Assembly (NCBI RefSeq): GCF_006345805.1 | Contig: NC_043002.1 | Span: forward strand, 79,608,001 to 79,672,000 | Reading direction: 5' to 3' | Source: Octopus sinensis | Taxonomy: Eukaryota | DNA length: 64,000 bases | Part shown: one piece after another, positions 51,190 to 64,000 of the stretch | Layout: every line of letters begins with the position of its first letter | How positions within the stretch are numbered: position 1 is the stretch's first letter | Position numbers and translations under genes: made by a program | The notes under the pieces: model-generated | Databases searched by the model: none | What the model was told of the DNA's origin: nothing | The model's input: only the letters and a program-made list of their open reading frames with translations

Positions 51190-52858
51190 AACTTTTTCTT
51201 TGTATTTGTATTGATTTGTCTTCTGTGAACTTGACTAGATTTCTTGTCTCTATTCAAGTATACTGTCAAGATATTTTTCTTCGTGGTCTTCGTGCATATT
51301 TGGCATGGGTTGCGAATGGATGATACCCGGATGCAGAAAACTGAAAGTAAATTAAGATTTTCATGATGATCGTAAGGGTGTATGTTGTTAGATATATTGG
51401 GGACATTCCACCAGTACACCCTTTTATTATGAGTGGCTATGGCTTTTACTATATTGAGGGCTCTTATTTCTTCGGGGTTATCCTTCCGACAGATTTCCTT
51501 ATATAGAGTGTCCTAGATTCAACGTCATATCTCATCGGTAGATATATTGTGATGACATTTTCGGACAACTGCTTATGATGTGGGTAATATCTTTAGTGTG
51601 AACTCCACAAAGTCTGCTTCGGTTGTCACATTTTAATGCTTTCCCTGCCTCTCTATCTATATTTTGTGCATCAGGTACTTGGTTGATATTTCCTGTTGCT
51701 GGATTGCAAACGCATAACCTTCAAAATGGGAGGTAGTAATCCGGTTATTAGTGCATGGTAAACCGCTTTGATATACATGCATAGTCATCTGCTCATATAG
51801 ACTCATCCTTTCATCTGATAATAGGTTGCGGTAGAGTCGTGCCACTTCTTTGGGCATATATTCTAGGTTATCAGACAAAGAGTGCTGCTGAAAGAGCTGC
51901 CTTCGAAGTCTTGTGATGTTATGAGCCTCATGTATGCAAACTTAGTCAAGGGATGTACTTCGACACTTGGTGGTTAAAAAATGTTGCCGAAGGGATATGA
52001 TGCGACATTCAAAGGCGTGTTGGATCGATGTTATGCTTCTGCCGCCTTGTTTTCGTTTCAGGTAGAGGCGGTGTACGTCACTGTTTATGTAGAAATTATA
52101 TGTGCCTGTTAGTATTTTTGGGGTTTGCACATCAATGGCTCGGATCTCATCAAGCACCCAATCAAGCAGCCCATATGCTGGTATGAGTACTGGCACTGCA
52201 AATACATTGTGGGCCACTGTTTTAGTGAATGCAGAGAGTTCTGCGGTCCAAATTGTTTTATTCGGCTGTAATATTCTTTAGTGACACGTATTTTGTTACA
52301 GGTGCCATTGTAAGATATGTTTTCAACCACCCCTAGATACCTGTAACATTCCTCGTCAGACATTGGGAAAACACTCAAATTATTGATGGAGATGTTACTA
52401 ATTTGGTTTATAGTTTTCCCCTTTGTCACAACCACATGACAACATTTATCCTGACCACACTCTAACCTTATATCCTTTGAGAATGTTGTAACAAGGTCTA
52501 GGCTCTTTTTCATCTCACGCATATTCTTTGCATAGAGAATAAAGTCATTCACAAACAAACAGTGTGTAATTTTGTTATTGCAGTTTCCTTGGGAACCAGT
52601 GAGATACCCTTTAAACTTCCTTAACATGAATGACAAGGGGTTTACAGAAAGTATAAACAACATCACAGAGAGACTGTCTCCTTGGAATATGCCTTTGCGA
52701 TACTGTATTCTATCGGGGATAATACAGTCACTCTTTGTGTTCAATTTCAAGATGGTACCCACGCTGAAGTCATATCAGGTATGGCGTTGACTATGCTCAC
52801 TGGGAAATTTAGCAAGCTGAAGGGCTTCTAGCATACATGACTGGAGAACAGAGTATTC
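51190..52858 (-). mobile_element. R4/Dong-type non-LTR retrotransposon, RT through CCHC region, pseudogenised
   Basis: KGIFQGDSLSVMLF, ITHCLFVNDFILYAKN, YRYLGV, NSDVHRLYLKRKQGGRSI, FAIQQQEI, CDNRSRLCG..THIISSCP. Confidence 0.9.
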
Positions 52859-52967
52859 ATATATGTATGTATGTATATATATGTATATATATATATACAT
52901 ACATACATACATACATGCATACATGCATGCATACATACATACATACATACATACATACATACATACA

Positions 52968-52999
<32 letters not shown>

Positions 53000-53267
53000 C
53001 ACACACGCACACACGCACGCAAGTACACATACAAACACATGCATATTCATACACAGACATACATAGAGAAATTCCAACTGTCTTATGGATCATACTCGGA
53101 TACATGTGAATGCCCCAAATATACGTGTGTGTGTGTGTGTGTGCGTGTGTATGTGTGTGTATGCGCGCGTATATGAATATATTTCTATATATGTATTTAT
53201 GCAAAACTATCCAGAGTATAAGTATGTTTTATATGCAATGTATGTATGTATATATATATGTATGTAC

Positions 53268-53315
<48 letters not shown>

Positions 53316-53931
53316 ATATATATACATACATATATATACACATACATATATACACACACATACATAAACATGTTCATGTCTATATTATTGTATGTCTCTG
53401 CATCCATCTATGTGCGTATGCCTGGTTTTGATATTATAAGTACGTACGTGTCTAATAGACGGCACGCTCCCAAAACAGAGACTTACGGCCATTGACGTAA
53501 ATACACGAAAACAGAAATGTACTATATCCACTAGCTGAATGTCCGGAAGCGCTTACAATCATCAATCTCTTTGAAATTGGAATGTCTGGAAGACATAAGT
53601 TAATTAATATTCTACATGAAAGCAAAGTGTCCCCGTTTCTGAAATGCGTGGTCATTTCCGGCCTTGCTGTGTGTTTTCTCTGTCGCCTCCAATGTTGTCT
53701 TGCGGGGCTAACATTTTCACCTTCCTGAGTATGCAGATGTTTCTGGACAATTTTAACGACAGATGAGATAGCATGGTCAAGGTGGATTTCTTAACGATTT
53801 TTTTTTATTTTCCTGTTGTCATAATCTTTATTATTTTCTATATATCTGTCTTTATGTATGTGTGCGGACTTATGTGTATATATAGGAATACATCATATAT
53901 ATATATAAAAAGGGGTTTGGATGATTGTGTG

Positions 53932-53976
<45 letters not shown>

Positions 53977-54145
53977 TATATATATGGGTTTGTGTGATTG
54001 TGTATAGAAGAATATATTAATAAAAGGAATTCCAACCTTGTCTGATTTTCACGATTTATTTACAATCTTATAATGATATATTATAAGATAATATATTACA
54101 ATAGAATAAAATAAAATAGTAGAAGATTAAATGTTCATTCTGATT

Positions 54146-54188
54146 GAACTAGTACTTTCATGCATTAAATTCTGCAATCTTCGGGTTC
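54146..54188 (-). ncRNA. Decayed hammerhead-like motif (U4C)
   Basis: Minus GAAC-CCGAAGA-TTGCA-GAATTTAA-TGCAT-GAAA-GTAC-TA-GTTC: stem I GAAC/GUUC, stem II UGCA/UGCA, palindromic stem III AGUACU. Confidence 0.45.
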
Positions 54189-54231
54189 CTGTAGTAGTGG
54201 GTGACAGTCATGCTTCACAACTTTTTGACTG

Positions 54232-54262
<31 letters not shown>

Positions 54263-54572
54263 ATTATAAGTGCTAGTGTGCGTGTGTGTGCGTGTGTAGG
54301 GTATCTATGTGCATGAACTTAAATGTATCTCTCGCCTATAGTACACTTTGTCTATTTCTCATTTTCCATTTATATATTTATCTAAAGATTCACTAACAAC
54401 AGACAGTATTCTGAGATGTTTAAATCCGACCGAAGTTGTTAGCAGTTAACTAGAACTTAACTAACAGCCAATACGGTATCCGCCCGATTAATATATTCCT
54501 CCAAACACACACACACACGCACGACCGAGGCACTGATACAGACACACACAAACCTAAATGTATATATATGTA

Positions 54573-54680
<108 letters not shown>

Positions 54681-54701
54681 TACATATGTATATATATATA
54701 T

Positions 54702-54803
54702 AGTGACCCCTTCGGTCAGACACTGACCATGGGTTTGCACCTAGAGAGTTACCCTCTGAGGCACAAGTCTGGGCAAGGTGTTTATGAAGACCAGCAGTCA
54801 CCC
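54702..54803 (-). mobile_element. Short retroposon 3' fragment
   Basis: GACCCCTTCGGTCA..GACCATGGG.TTGCACCTAGA.AGTTACCCTC.GAGGCACAAGTC; GC-rich island in (TA)n resembling a recurrent cephalopod repeat tail (from memory). Confidence 0.45.
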
Positions 54804-55058
54804 TTGTGTAGTTTATCTTGTACTCTGTTTTTTTTCGTTCAGGCCGTTTCCACGTTTGTTTTTACGTTTTCGTTTCTCGTTGAGTTCTACGTCTATTTGT
54901 GGTATCCTGTACTTACGTATATATATTTTTATATGGATGTATATATACATGTAGATGTAGGTTCGTACATATATGTATGTATGTATGCATATATTTTATT
55001 ATTACACTATATATATATATTATTATAATATATATATATATATATATATAATATATAT

Positions 55059-55360
55059 GGAGGTGCAATGCCAGTGGTTAGGGCAGCGGACTCGCGGTCG
55101 TAGGATCGCGGTTTCGATCCCCAGAGTTGTGAGTGTTTATTGAGCGAAAACACCTAAAAGTTCCACGAGGCTCCGGCAGGTGGTGGTGATCCCTGCTGTA
55201 CTCTTCCACCACTCTTTCTGTCACTCTTTCTTCTGTTTGCCTGCTCGCTTAGCTCGCGGGGTGGCGTCATTCGAAGGCTAAAACAATGCGAACGCATTGT
55301 GACCAGCGATGTGTAGCAACATCTGATGGTCTGGTCGGTCACGTGATCACGTGATCACAT
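55059..55360 (+). mobile_element. SINE family C copy
   Basis: GGAGGTGCAATGCCAGTGGTTAGGGCAGCGGACTCGCGGTCGTAGGATCGCGGTTTCGATCCC head (A/B boxes); tail ends (CACGTGAT)n. Confidence 0.88.
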
Positions 55361-55868
55361 GATATATATACATACATAAATATAATAGAAATATGTTACA
55401 AAAATAAAATAGAAACTACACGTGGAAATGTAAGGGGGAAGTAGGAAGAAAATAAGCGAAAATGCACATTGGAAATCAAAAAAAGTAAAGACTTTTTATG
55501 AAAAGTAACGATATATATATGCAATTAGGTTGGAATAAAAATAATAAAAGTCATAATTGTGAATTGTTAAAGACATTCAAGGGCATACCGGTTTCGTGAA
55601 CTTACTAATCATTGGTTTGAATATGAGAAACAGCTGTTTTCTAATAAATTTTACCAATCGTTTATTATTCGTTTGTTATCTTATGTTCTGATGTGTGCGT
55701 GTATGTATATATATATATGTGTGTGTGTCTGTGTCTGTGTCTGTGTGCGTGTGTGTCAGTGTGTGTGTGTAAGTATGTATGCTTCAGAACGAAGCGTTAA
55801 TCTATTACAGGGCGGCAATAAAAGAGTAGGATGACAAAAGAATAAAGGATTATATAATGAATTTCATT

Positions 55869-55936
55869 AGCTTACAGCTGTTTCTGCTATAAGATGTAGT
55901 GGAGTCGTAGTTGAGTCCTATAGCTTCATCGAAGCC
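55869..55936 (-). ncRNA. Decayed hammerhead-like motif with long stem II
   Basis: Minus GGCT-TCGATGA-A-GCTATAGGA-(21 nt)-TCTTATAGC-A-GAAA-CAGCTG-TA-AGCT. Confidence 0.45.
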
Positions 55937-56152
55937 ACGAACACGAGAAACAGCTGTTTGCTGATAAATTTTGCCAGTCGTTTATTCGTTTGTTCCCTTA
56001 TTTTCTGATGTGTGCGTGTATGTGTGTGTATATACACACACACACACCACACACACACACATATATATATATATGTGTGTGTGTGTGTGTATATATATAT
56101 GTATCCACATACACACACACATGCACATACACACACGCACACACACACACGC

Positions 56153-56184
<32 letters not shown>

Positions 56185-56431
56185 TCGAAATACGGATGAG
56201 AAAAACAGCCGACAACTGATGAAGATTCGTTCTTTGTGTTGCTTGTCTTGTTTTCCATTTGTTTCTTTCGTTGTTCGCAAAAAAGTATTCATATTACATG
56301 TATTCGTATTTCATTTTTCATCTTTTCGTATTTTATGTTGTTTGCGTTCTGTGAAATCCTGTGCCCACGCACGCATATGTATATACGCATATATGTTCAT
56401 ATACGTGTGTATATATGCATATATATATCTT

Positions 56432-57068
56432 GACGATTCCTGCTCAGAGGCCTACGCAAAATTTTAATCATTCTCGATAAAATCATGGAGATCCTGTGCA
56501 ACTGAAACCCGCGTTTCTTTTTGGTCAGCTGAAAGCATTTTTATCACAAACTTGGTAGACACACGTCTCATACTCAAATGTTCAGTGATAATGGACTGAA
56601 CTGAACTGTAACTAATCTGCACTTCCTCTGATAACTCATGGATGATGATTCGACGATTTCCCCTCACAGCTGTACGCACATCTGCGATGTTTTTCTCAGT
56701 TTTTCTGGTTGTGGGTCTCCCAGAACGTTCGTCAATACCGATATTTTTCGGACGTCTTGGAAACGTCTCAACCACACGTACACTTGTGTGCGGCTCATAC
56801 ACTCCTCTCCATACACTTTCTACGACTTTGCGTAGGCTTCTGAGCAGGTATCGTCACTTTAACTGCCTCTTTCATGGTCAATGCGACGATCTCACGCTAC
56901 ACACCTTCTTTTCAAGCACTACTATAAACAGCAGAAGCGGGCAAGTACTTCAAAACTAACTGCGCAAACACAGCCGGGTTCAAGATCAATCTTTACCAAG
57001 TGGTTTCACTCTGCGTGCTTTAACTTCATTATTATGGCAACAGTCTTGATACTTATCGATCAGACCTC

Positions 57069-57072
<4 letters not shown>
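56432..57072 (-). mobile_element. Second copy of the mariner-derived element (transposase N-terminus plus terminal repeat)
   Basis: DERSGRPTTRKTEKNIADVRTAVRGNRRIIIHELSEEVQISYSSVQSII..MRRVSTKFV..DQK; terminus GGCAACAGTCTTGATACTTATCGATCAGACCTCG-TA is the inverse of 41697. Confidence 0.88.
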
Positions 57073-57106
<34 letters not shown>

Positions 57107-57575
57107 AGAGAAAAGGAGCAATCTTGATTATCTCCACGTATTGAGTTGTATATATATAAGAAATTAAAGAAAGAAAATGCACATACCTTACATAGTTATA
57201 TTATATTTTTAAATATATTTTATATTGTGTTTGTGGACCGGTTTCCCTTTCACTAATCATGACATTGAAATTATTTTAATTACGTATTCCCATCTTCCAC
57301 CGAGAGATGAACAATTATCTTCCCAGTCTACAACAATAACGATCATCAATTAGATTTTCCTGCTTGTAGAATCATTCATAAACTCCACACACAACATGGA
57401 CGAAGAATTTTTTTCTTAAGAGTATACGTATGTAAAATAATTTTAATGTTATGATTAGCCAAAGCAAAGCCTGTCGACAAACATAAAATATATTAAAAAA
57501 TATATTAAAACTACGTATAGTGTGTGCATATTCCTTTTTTAATTTCTGATATATATATATATATTTATATATATA

Positions 57576-57880
57576 CTAGCAGTATCGCCCGGCGTTGCCC
57601 GAGTTTGTTTCGACCCGCTGGAATTGGAATTTTTGAAAATTAAAAATTTTACATTATGTAGCTTGTTATTCTCTTCAAGTGAACATTTTCTGGTTGAAAT
57701 ACACCGAAAAGTGGCGAATTTTTGCTTAATTGGGGGTCAAATTGAAAAAACTTTATATGCCATGACCCAATCGAATCTACTTGTAAAAATCGTAGGTAAA
57801 TTCCAATTGAAGAAATTCTATATTATAGAATTGTATTAAAAAGGAACATGGGAACAGGCAGATGTAATTTTATACGAATT
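57576..57880 (-). mobile_element. Helitron 3' end (non-autonomous fragment)
   Basis: Minus strand ends ..CTCGGGCAACGCCGGGCGATACTG-CTAG|T: GC hairpin ~8 nt before CTAG followed by host T. Confidence 0.75.
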
Positions 57881-58216
57881 GCTAATACACACACACACAC
57901 ATAATAAGGGTAAAAATTTAATATTAATTTGATTAATATGAATTGAAAACCAGTGGTGTAGCATATAAGACCATAGCGGATCTTCCTCTAGCAAAAAGGA
58001 CGACCACTATTAATGGCTCATCTCTGTTACACACACACAGAGACCACAAACACACACACACTCACACACACACAACTCACACACACACACCACACGCACG
58101 CACACACACACACCACCTTAGCTTACAATTTTCTTTCAACAATTGACACTGTCAATATGTATATGTTTGCGTGTCTATGTGTGTTAAAGAGAAGTGGGAG
58201 TAAGTGTAGTAATAGG

Positions 58217-58316
58217 NNNNNNNNNNNNNNNNNNNNNNNNNNNNNNNNNNNNNNNNNNNNNNNNNNNNNNNNNNNNNNNNNNNNNNNNNNNNNNNNNNNN
58301 NNNNNNNNNNNNNNNN
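58217..58316. other. Assembly gap (100 N)
   Basis: Run of exactly 100 N. Confidence 1.
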
Positions 58317-58475
58317 TACGTATTTTGTAACACGGGAAACATATTGGGTGGAGAGAATGGATCCGATGGAGACGGTGATTACAAAAAGGTTATGTAAAAT
58401 ACACAGCATACACTCACATATACGTACATATGTACATAGATACATGTATATATACATATGTGTGTGACTACATAC

Positions 58476-58555
<80 letters not shown>

Positions 58556-58829
58556 GCAATATATATATACGCGTTTCGGTATATACAATACGTTCACAGA
58601 TGATTGATTCCAGCATGAACATTTTTCCAGTCCTCATTACACGCAGTCTTGGCTAGTTGGCTAAGAGGCCTATAAATATATTCGAAAAAACATTTAACGA
58701 ACGCAACCAAACCATGTCAACACACCGGTAATTTAAATCAATCAATCAATCAATCAATTAATCAATCAATTCATCAGTCAATTAATCCATTCATCCATCC
58801 TTGTGTGTGTGTATATATATATACGTTTG

Positions 58830-58877
<48 letters not shown>

Positions 58878-58961
58878 TATACTTATGCCCACACAAACAC
58901 ATACACACACACATACATATATATAGGTAAATATAATATGTGACAATTATTCGGTAGCCAT

Positions 58962-59022
58962 GATAAAACTCCGAGTTTCGGATGTCGGGGCGGAAACCCA
59001 CGCCGGTATCTCTTCAGTTGTC
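58962..59022 (-). ncRNA. Decayed hammerhead-like motif
   Basis: Minus GACAA-CTGAAGA-GAT..GG..GG-TTT-CC..CC..ATC-C-GAAA-CTCGGAG-TT-TTATC; intact CUGANGA/GAAA core, mismatched stems. Confidence 0.5.
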
Positions 59023-59279
59023 GGACCATCGAAAAAAATGCTCTGAATATGACCTCCTATATATATATATATATATCGGAGGTGTAGTTGCCAGGCAAAT
59101 AATTCGATCTGAGACTATTGAAATGAAAAAGATTCAAGTGTGGAAGACATGTATTAGCCATTGAAAAGCACACATCAAATTTATAGTTCACTTAAACAGT
59201 TATATAAATACATATCTTGATTCCATCCAACGTCCTAGCTCACTATTCATGAAGAGTTTTGGGGAATTGGGTCTTCAGC

Positions 59280-60250
59280 TACATGCCCCATAAGTTCCTA
59301 TCCGAATTAACCATTTGTGCACATTCCAGCTGGATTCCCAAACATAACAACCCGAGTCCATGGATATTCTCCAGTTATCCACTTCTCAAAAAACTAGGTC
59401 TACTGCCGGTTGACTCAGGTTGAAGAAGCCCTGCTATCATTCTATTCTGCGATTTTCTAATCATACGTCTGCAGCTGCAAACCGTTTCATGCAGAGAAGT
59501 GGCGGTTTGGCCTGGAGAAACACCCTGATCTCCGAACCACACGTACCGTTAGGTACAGTTGCTCCAGACATATTTCAGAAGAACCCCATTTGGGCCGTTT
59601 GTATTCGCAATCGTAGTTCTTCGCTTGTTACTAACATTCATGACCATAGGTGAATATAGGTACGAAAATCGAATTGGCAATAGCAAGTTTGGCTGTTTTA
59701 TACCAGCCTCTTCTCTTTTGAGGATCGATTATTGGAGCTGTCGCATCCCTGTGCCAAAACATGCAATTTTGAAATTAGTTTCAGTATCCTGTCTTCCATC
59801 ATTCGTGAATAGGACACTCAAATTTCTCGACTTAGTGAAGTCCTACTAACATGCAAAACTGCTAAACGAACTGTGAAGACTTTCTCGAGAGGAACCTTGT
59901 CTCGGTCTGCACAACACCAATTGCCATCCCTGTCTTGCACCACTCAGCAGCAAACCCATTCTATGCACGTTCGATATCACCTTCTGATAAGCTAAGTGGA
60001 TCGTTTGCAAATATCATCCGACCATTTCTACACTCATCTGTTGCGATACCTACTCCTCAAATGAACATGAAAATTTGTCCGGCAACTCAAGGTTCACGCC
60101 TCTATGATGTTTATAAGCGAGAAAATAATGACACATATTTGCATGTAAGCACCCAATTATTACGTTTTGATTGTCACGCAAATGAAATCGTCCAACGATA
60201 GTTGTATATTTTCGAACTATTTTGGTGCAGTTTCAGGTCTTTCTCTGTGA
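59280..60250 (-). mobile_element. Decayed RTE-clade LINE (Rex3/Expander-like)
   Basis: IFANDP, GMAIGVVQTETRFLSRK, VLFTNDGRQ, SIFVPIFTYGHEC, RLRIQTAQMGF, SEIRVFLQAKPPLLCM; a related fragment lies at ~62445-62585. Confidence 0.75.
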
Positions 60251-60407
60251 CTCTAGTTTTCATGGGCTGGTTGCTAATTCTGATTTACGAAAGTGTAAAT
60301 TATAGTTATCGTCAATGTACCATTTACTAGATAAGTAGATGTTCTATTTTTCATTAGCCATATTCGATGCTGCGATTCTGTAAATCATCGTTGAAACCGA
60401 CGGAAAT

Positions 60408-60476
<69 letters not shown>

Positions 60477-60528
60477 ACTCTCTCTCCCCCTCCTCTCTCT
60501 ATCTTCTCGATATATATACATACATACA

Positions 60529-60596
<68 letters not shown>

Positions 60597-61857
60597 TATG
60601 TATAATTACACACACACACACATATATGTGTTTGTGTGTGGTGCGTGTGGTTGAATGTATACATGTACTTATGCCTGCAGACAAAAAACTGATATATATG
60701 CCTGTATAAATATCGACATGCAAATATCCAACCTTCCACCATCCATCCATCCATCCATCCACCCATCCTTACATACACACATTCATACATATATACATGC
60801 ATACATACATACACACACACATAAATACATATATACATAGGCATACTCGTTGTAGCGTAGGGAAATTTCCCAGGACGCTATCCCGCAGTAAATTGGCGTA
60901 TAGACAAAACACATGCTCTATGTATATGCGGCCGCTGATAATATACATGCATACATACATACATACATTCATACACATAGATACATGCACACACATAATA
61001 CACGTACACACACACACTTACATTCAGACATACACACAAACAGATACATTATTATATATACACACATATATATGTATATAAACAAACATATTTACAATCG
61101 AATATACATTTCATGTATGTGTATACATTTCATACAGATATGTATATATATAGAATACGGTTGGAAAATATTTGAGAAGGGAAAAAAACTATAGCTGCAA
61201 CACTGCAGAAAGAAGATATACAAATTAAGAGATGAAATTTCTTCAACACAGCCAAAATAGATATGAAATAAAAACAGCAGTGAGAATCACAAGACGGAAA
61301 AATGAGTTTCAAGACATAACCGCAAACATGCGAATGACGCCATATTTATACGCACAGAAACTGCAAAAACAGATTCACATATAACAACACAAAAGCATGC
61401 GCGCACATATTCTGGCATAAGCGTTGAATAGTTTCGTTCTTCGCGATGCAATTTTTCGCGACCGTATACTTATGCATGTTTAAATTCAAACAGATATATA
61501 CATATACTTACTTGTATACATATGCAAACAAACAAACACACACACACACACACACACACATACATATATATATGCCTGCACACACACATGTATATATATA
61601 AATGCACATATGCATATATTTATGTATATATATATATATAATATATATGTGTGTGTGTATATATATAAGCATATATATATATATATGCAGGTATATATAT
61701 ATGCTAATATAGACTTCGTGATGTATATAGCAGTATATATCTACGCATATATGTATACATCTATATATATACATACATATATATAAATGAATATATGATT
61801 TTATATATGTATGTGTGTATGTGTGTGCATATATATTTGTTGATATATGTATATGTA

Positions 61858-61901
<44 letters not shown>

Positions 61902-61954
61902 CTCTCTCTATTTATATATATGCATATACATACACACACACACATACACACACA

Positions 61955-62002
<48 letters not shown>

Positions 62003-63577
62003 GTATGTGTCCTCATGTTTTTATAGTACGTAGGCAGGTATATAGTTACATATATACTCATTTCTGTGAATTTTATTTCACTGTGTGCGTATGTTCACAT
62101 GTGTGTGTGTGTGTGTTGTGTGTTGTGGTGAGTGTGTTTGCGTGTGTATATGCTTTATCTTGTTTGTGTAAATATGTTTTGTCATTTTACCACATTGACA
62201 TTTTTCAATAAGCAATTTAAGGACGTGCTAAAAATTCCAACTCGATAAAACAGTAAATATTGAATAGTTATTTACAGTTTTAATTTCTTCTAAAACAAAC
62301 TGTTTTCAACTTGTCAAGTATTATCTTTTTTGAAAACTATTTTAGGTTGCGTTTTAAATATATCTAAACTAATGCTTTTTACACCAAATAGGCATTGCAG
62401 TTTTACATTGTGCCAACACGTAATTCTGGAAATAGATTTATTATCCCATCTTCCATCATTCGTGAATAGAGCGCTCAGACGTCTCTACTAAGTGAAGTCC
62501 AACTAACATGCAGAATGCGTCAAGAAGACTTTCTCGAGAGGAACATTATCTCGGTCTTCCCAACACTGATTCTCGTCCCTGTTAGTCTTTCTCAAGTCTC
62601 ACTCATTAGATCGCAGTCGTGCTGGGAGTTTTGTGGTCAAGCAGCTCATTAGGTTTCCAGTCTTACAGACATGTTCTCGGTTATTATTAATGTAAGGAAG
62701 TGAAAATGCGTGACATAATGGTTGGTGTGTAGTACTCACGATTGTAATATCGTTTCAAAGCACTTCATTTCACTCTGGTCCAGTCCTCTCAACAGTAAAT
62801 GAATAACCTTGTGTCAACGAGCAGGCGCGTCGTACCGAGAGAATGCTGTGATCTCGGCCACTTATAGACCATGGAAAGTACGTAACCGTCCCCGTGTGCC
62901 CTTGCACTCGGGATAATACCGTCCATAGGGTTGACGCTGATGTTTTATGTAATCGCAAGGTTAGATCTTTGACACAGAATGGAAGAAATTTACTCAGTAC
63001 GTCACACTTAAATAGATAAATAAATACAAATACGTTCTTTATTTCACATTCGTCTTGTACTATATTCTTCTTGCGCGTTCTCCTTTATGTAACTATACTC
63101 TTGTTGAACTTTGTTATATCTAAACATATTACGTTCCTCTTTTTGTCTCCTGTTCAGCTGACATAACTTGCTTACGTCATGGTCTTCAACAATTGTATGT
63201 TGCACTATATCCTCCCTCTAGGCGCATGGCCTAAGGGGTTGGAATTTGGGGTTTACGTTTGTGGGTTCTGTTACTATATCGGGGGCTGGTTCTTGCCGCT
63301 TATCTCACTTCATTTCATACACCCATCTTCTACACTGTGAAAATGAGTACCAGTTCAGAGTTCGATTACCCCACTCCCTACCCAGCTCGCACATTCTGTA
63401 CGTTCCGCTTGGTCAATGGTGGAAATGCCATGACGGGGTCAGTATACTCACAGCTTCATAAGCACATTAAAACAATTAGCTAAATAATGCTCCTCGCTTC
63501 AAATCACATTCTCTCACATATTGAAGGCTTATTTCTTTTTTTTTTTTTACTATGTCCATCTGCAGCTATATATTGTG

Positions 63578-63690
63578 GGGCCGCATGGCTTAGTGGTAGA
63601 GTGTTGCACTCATGGTCGTAAGATTGTGGTTTCGATTCCTGGAGTGAGCAATGTGCTGTCTTCTGAAGCAAAACATTTCACTTCATCATT
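63578..63690 (+). mobile_element. tRNA-derived SINE head fragment (family C-related)
   Basis: GGCCGCATGGCTTAGTGGTAGAGTGTTG..GTGGTTTCGATTCCTGG (A and B boxes). Confidence 0.7.
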
Positions 63691-63739
63691 TCCATTATTT
63701 ACAATTGACGGATATTTGTCCTGATCTTGTTTGTTGTTA

Positions 63740-63784
63740 ATACAATGTTTCGGCTGATATATCCTCCAGCATTCATCAGGTGTC
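63740..63784 (-). ncRNA. Hammerhead-like motif (core intact, stems partly mutated)
   Basis: Minus GACAC-CTGATGA-A-TGCTG-GAGGATATAT-CAGCC-GAAA-CA-TT-GTAT. Confidence 0.55.
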
Positions 63785-63835
63785 TTTCGAACCTGGGTAC
63801 TCATTCTTAAGGTATTTTTCGATGTTGTTGTTGTT

Positions 63836-63918
<83 letters not shown>

Positions 63919-64000
63919 ATTATTATTTGTGTCACTGCCTGGAATCGAACTCGGAATCTTGGGGTTAGTAACAATTAAAGAGTGAATTTTGGGGCTTATA

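Noticed and set aside
55059-55125. tRNA gene call for the A/B-box-containing heads (also 19100-19171, 40819-40885, 63578-63645)
   Set aside because: No complete cloverleaf or acceptor stem, and each continues into a repeated SINE body.

Overview
This is AT-rich, microsatellite-saturated eukaryotic DNA. The SINE families and repeat landscape strongly suggest a coleoid cephalopod (Octopus-like); that assignment is an inference from recognisable repeat sequences. I found no intact protein-coding gene, rRNA, true tRNA or CRISPR array. Nearly all listed ORFs are translations of simple repeats. The window holds dense clusters of at least four tRNA-type SINE families and decayed LINEs (RTE-BovB, Rex3/Expander-type RTE, nested CR1s, three R4/Dong-type fragments, possible L1/Tx1). 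DNA-transposon relics include a full-length dead DD34D mariner with TIRs, a mariner fold-back derivative, hAT, Helitron ends and a possible Merlin. There is also a ~690-bp tandem duplication and a 100-N gap. The most interesting signals are three. (i) Minimal type-I hammerhead-ribozyme-like motifs (one with an intact core, several decayed) sit in short islands, mostly embedded in (TA)n tracts, as known for Penelope-like elements/retrozymes; one is linked to a tRNA-like B-box head. (ii) One SINE subfamily appears to insert into GGTATTT sites of its own family and reuse target sites to build arrays. (iii) There are weak splice/promoter signals for a possible minus-strand host transcript. Coordinates of decayed elements are approximate.
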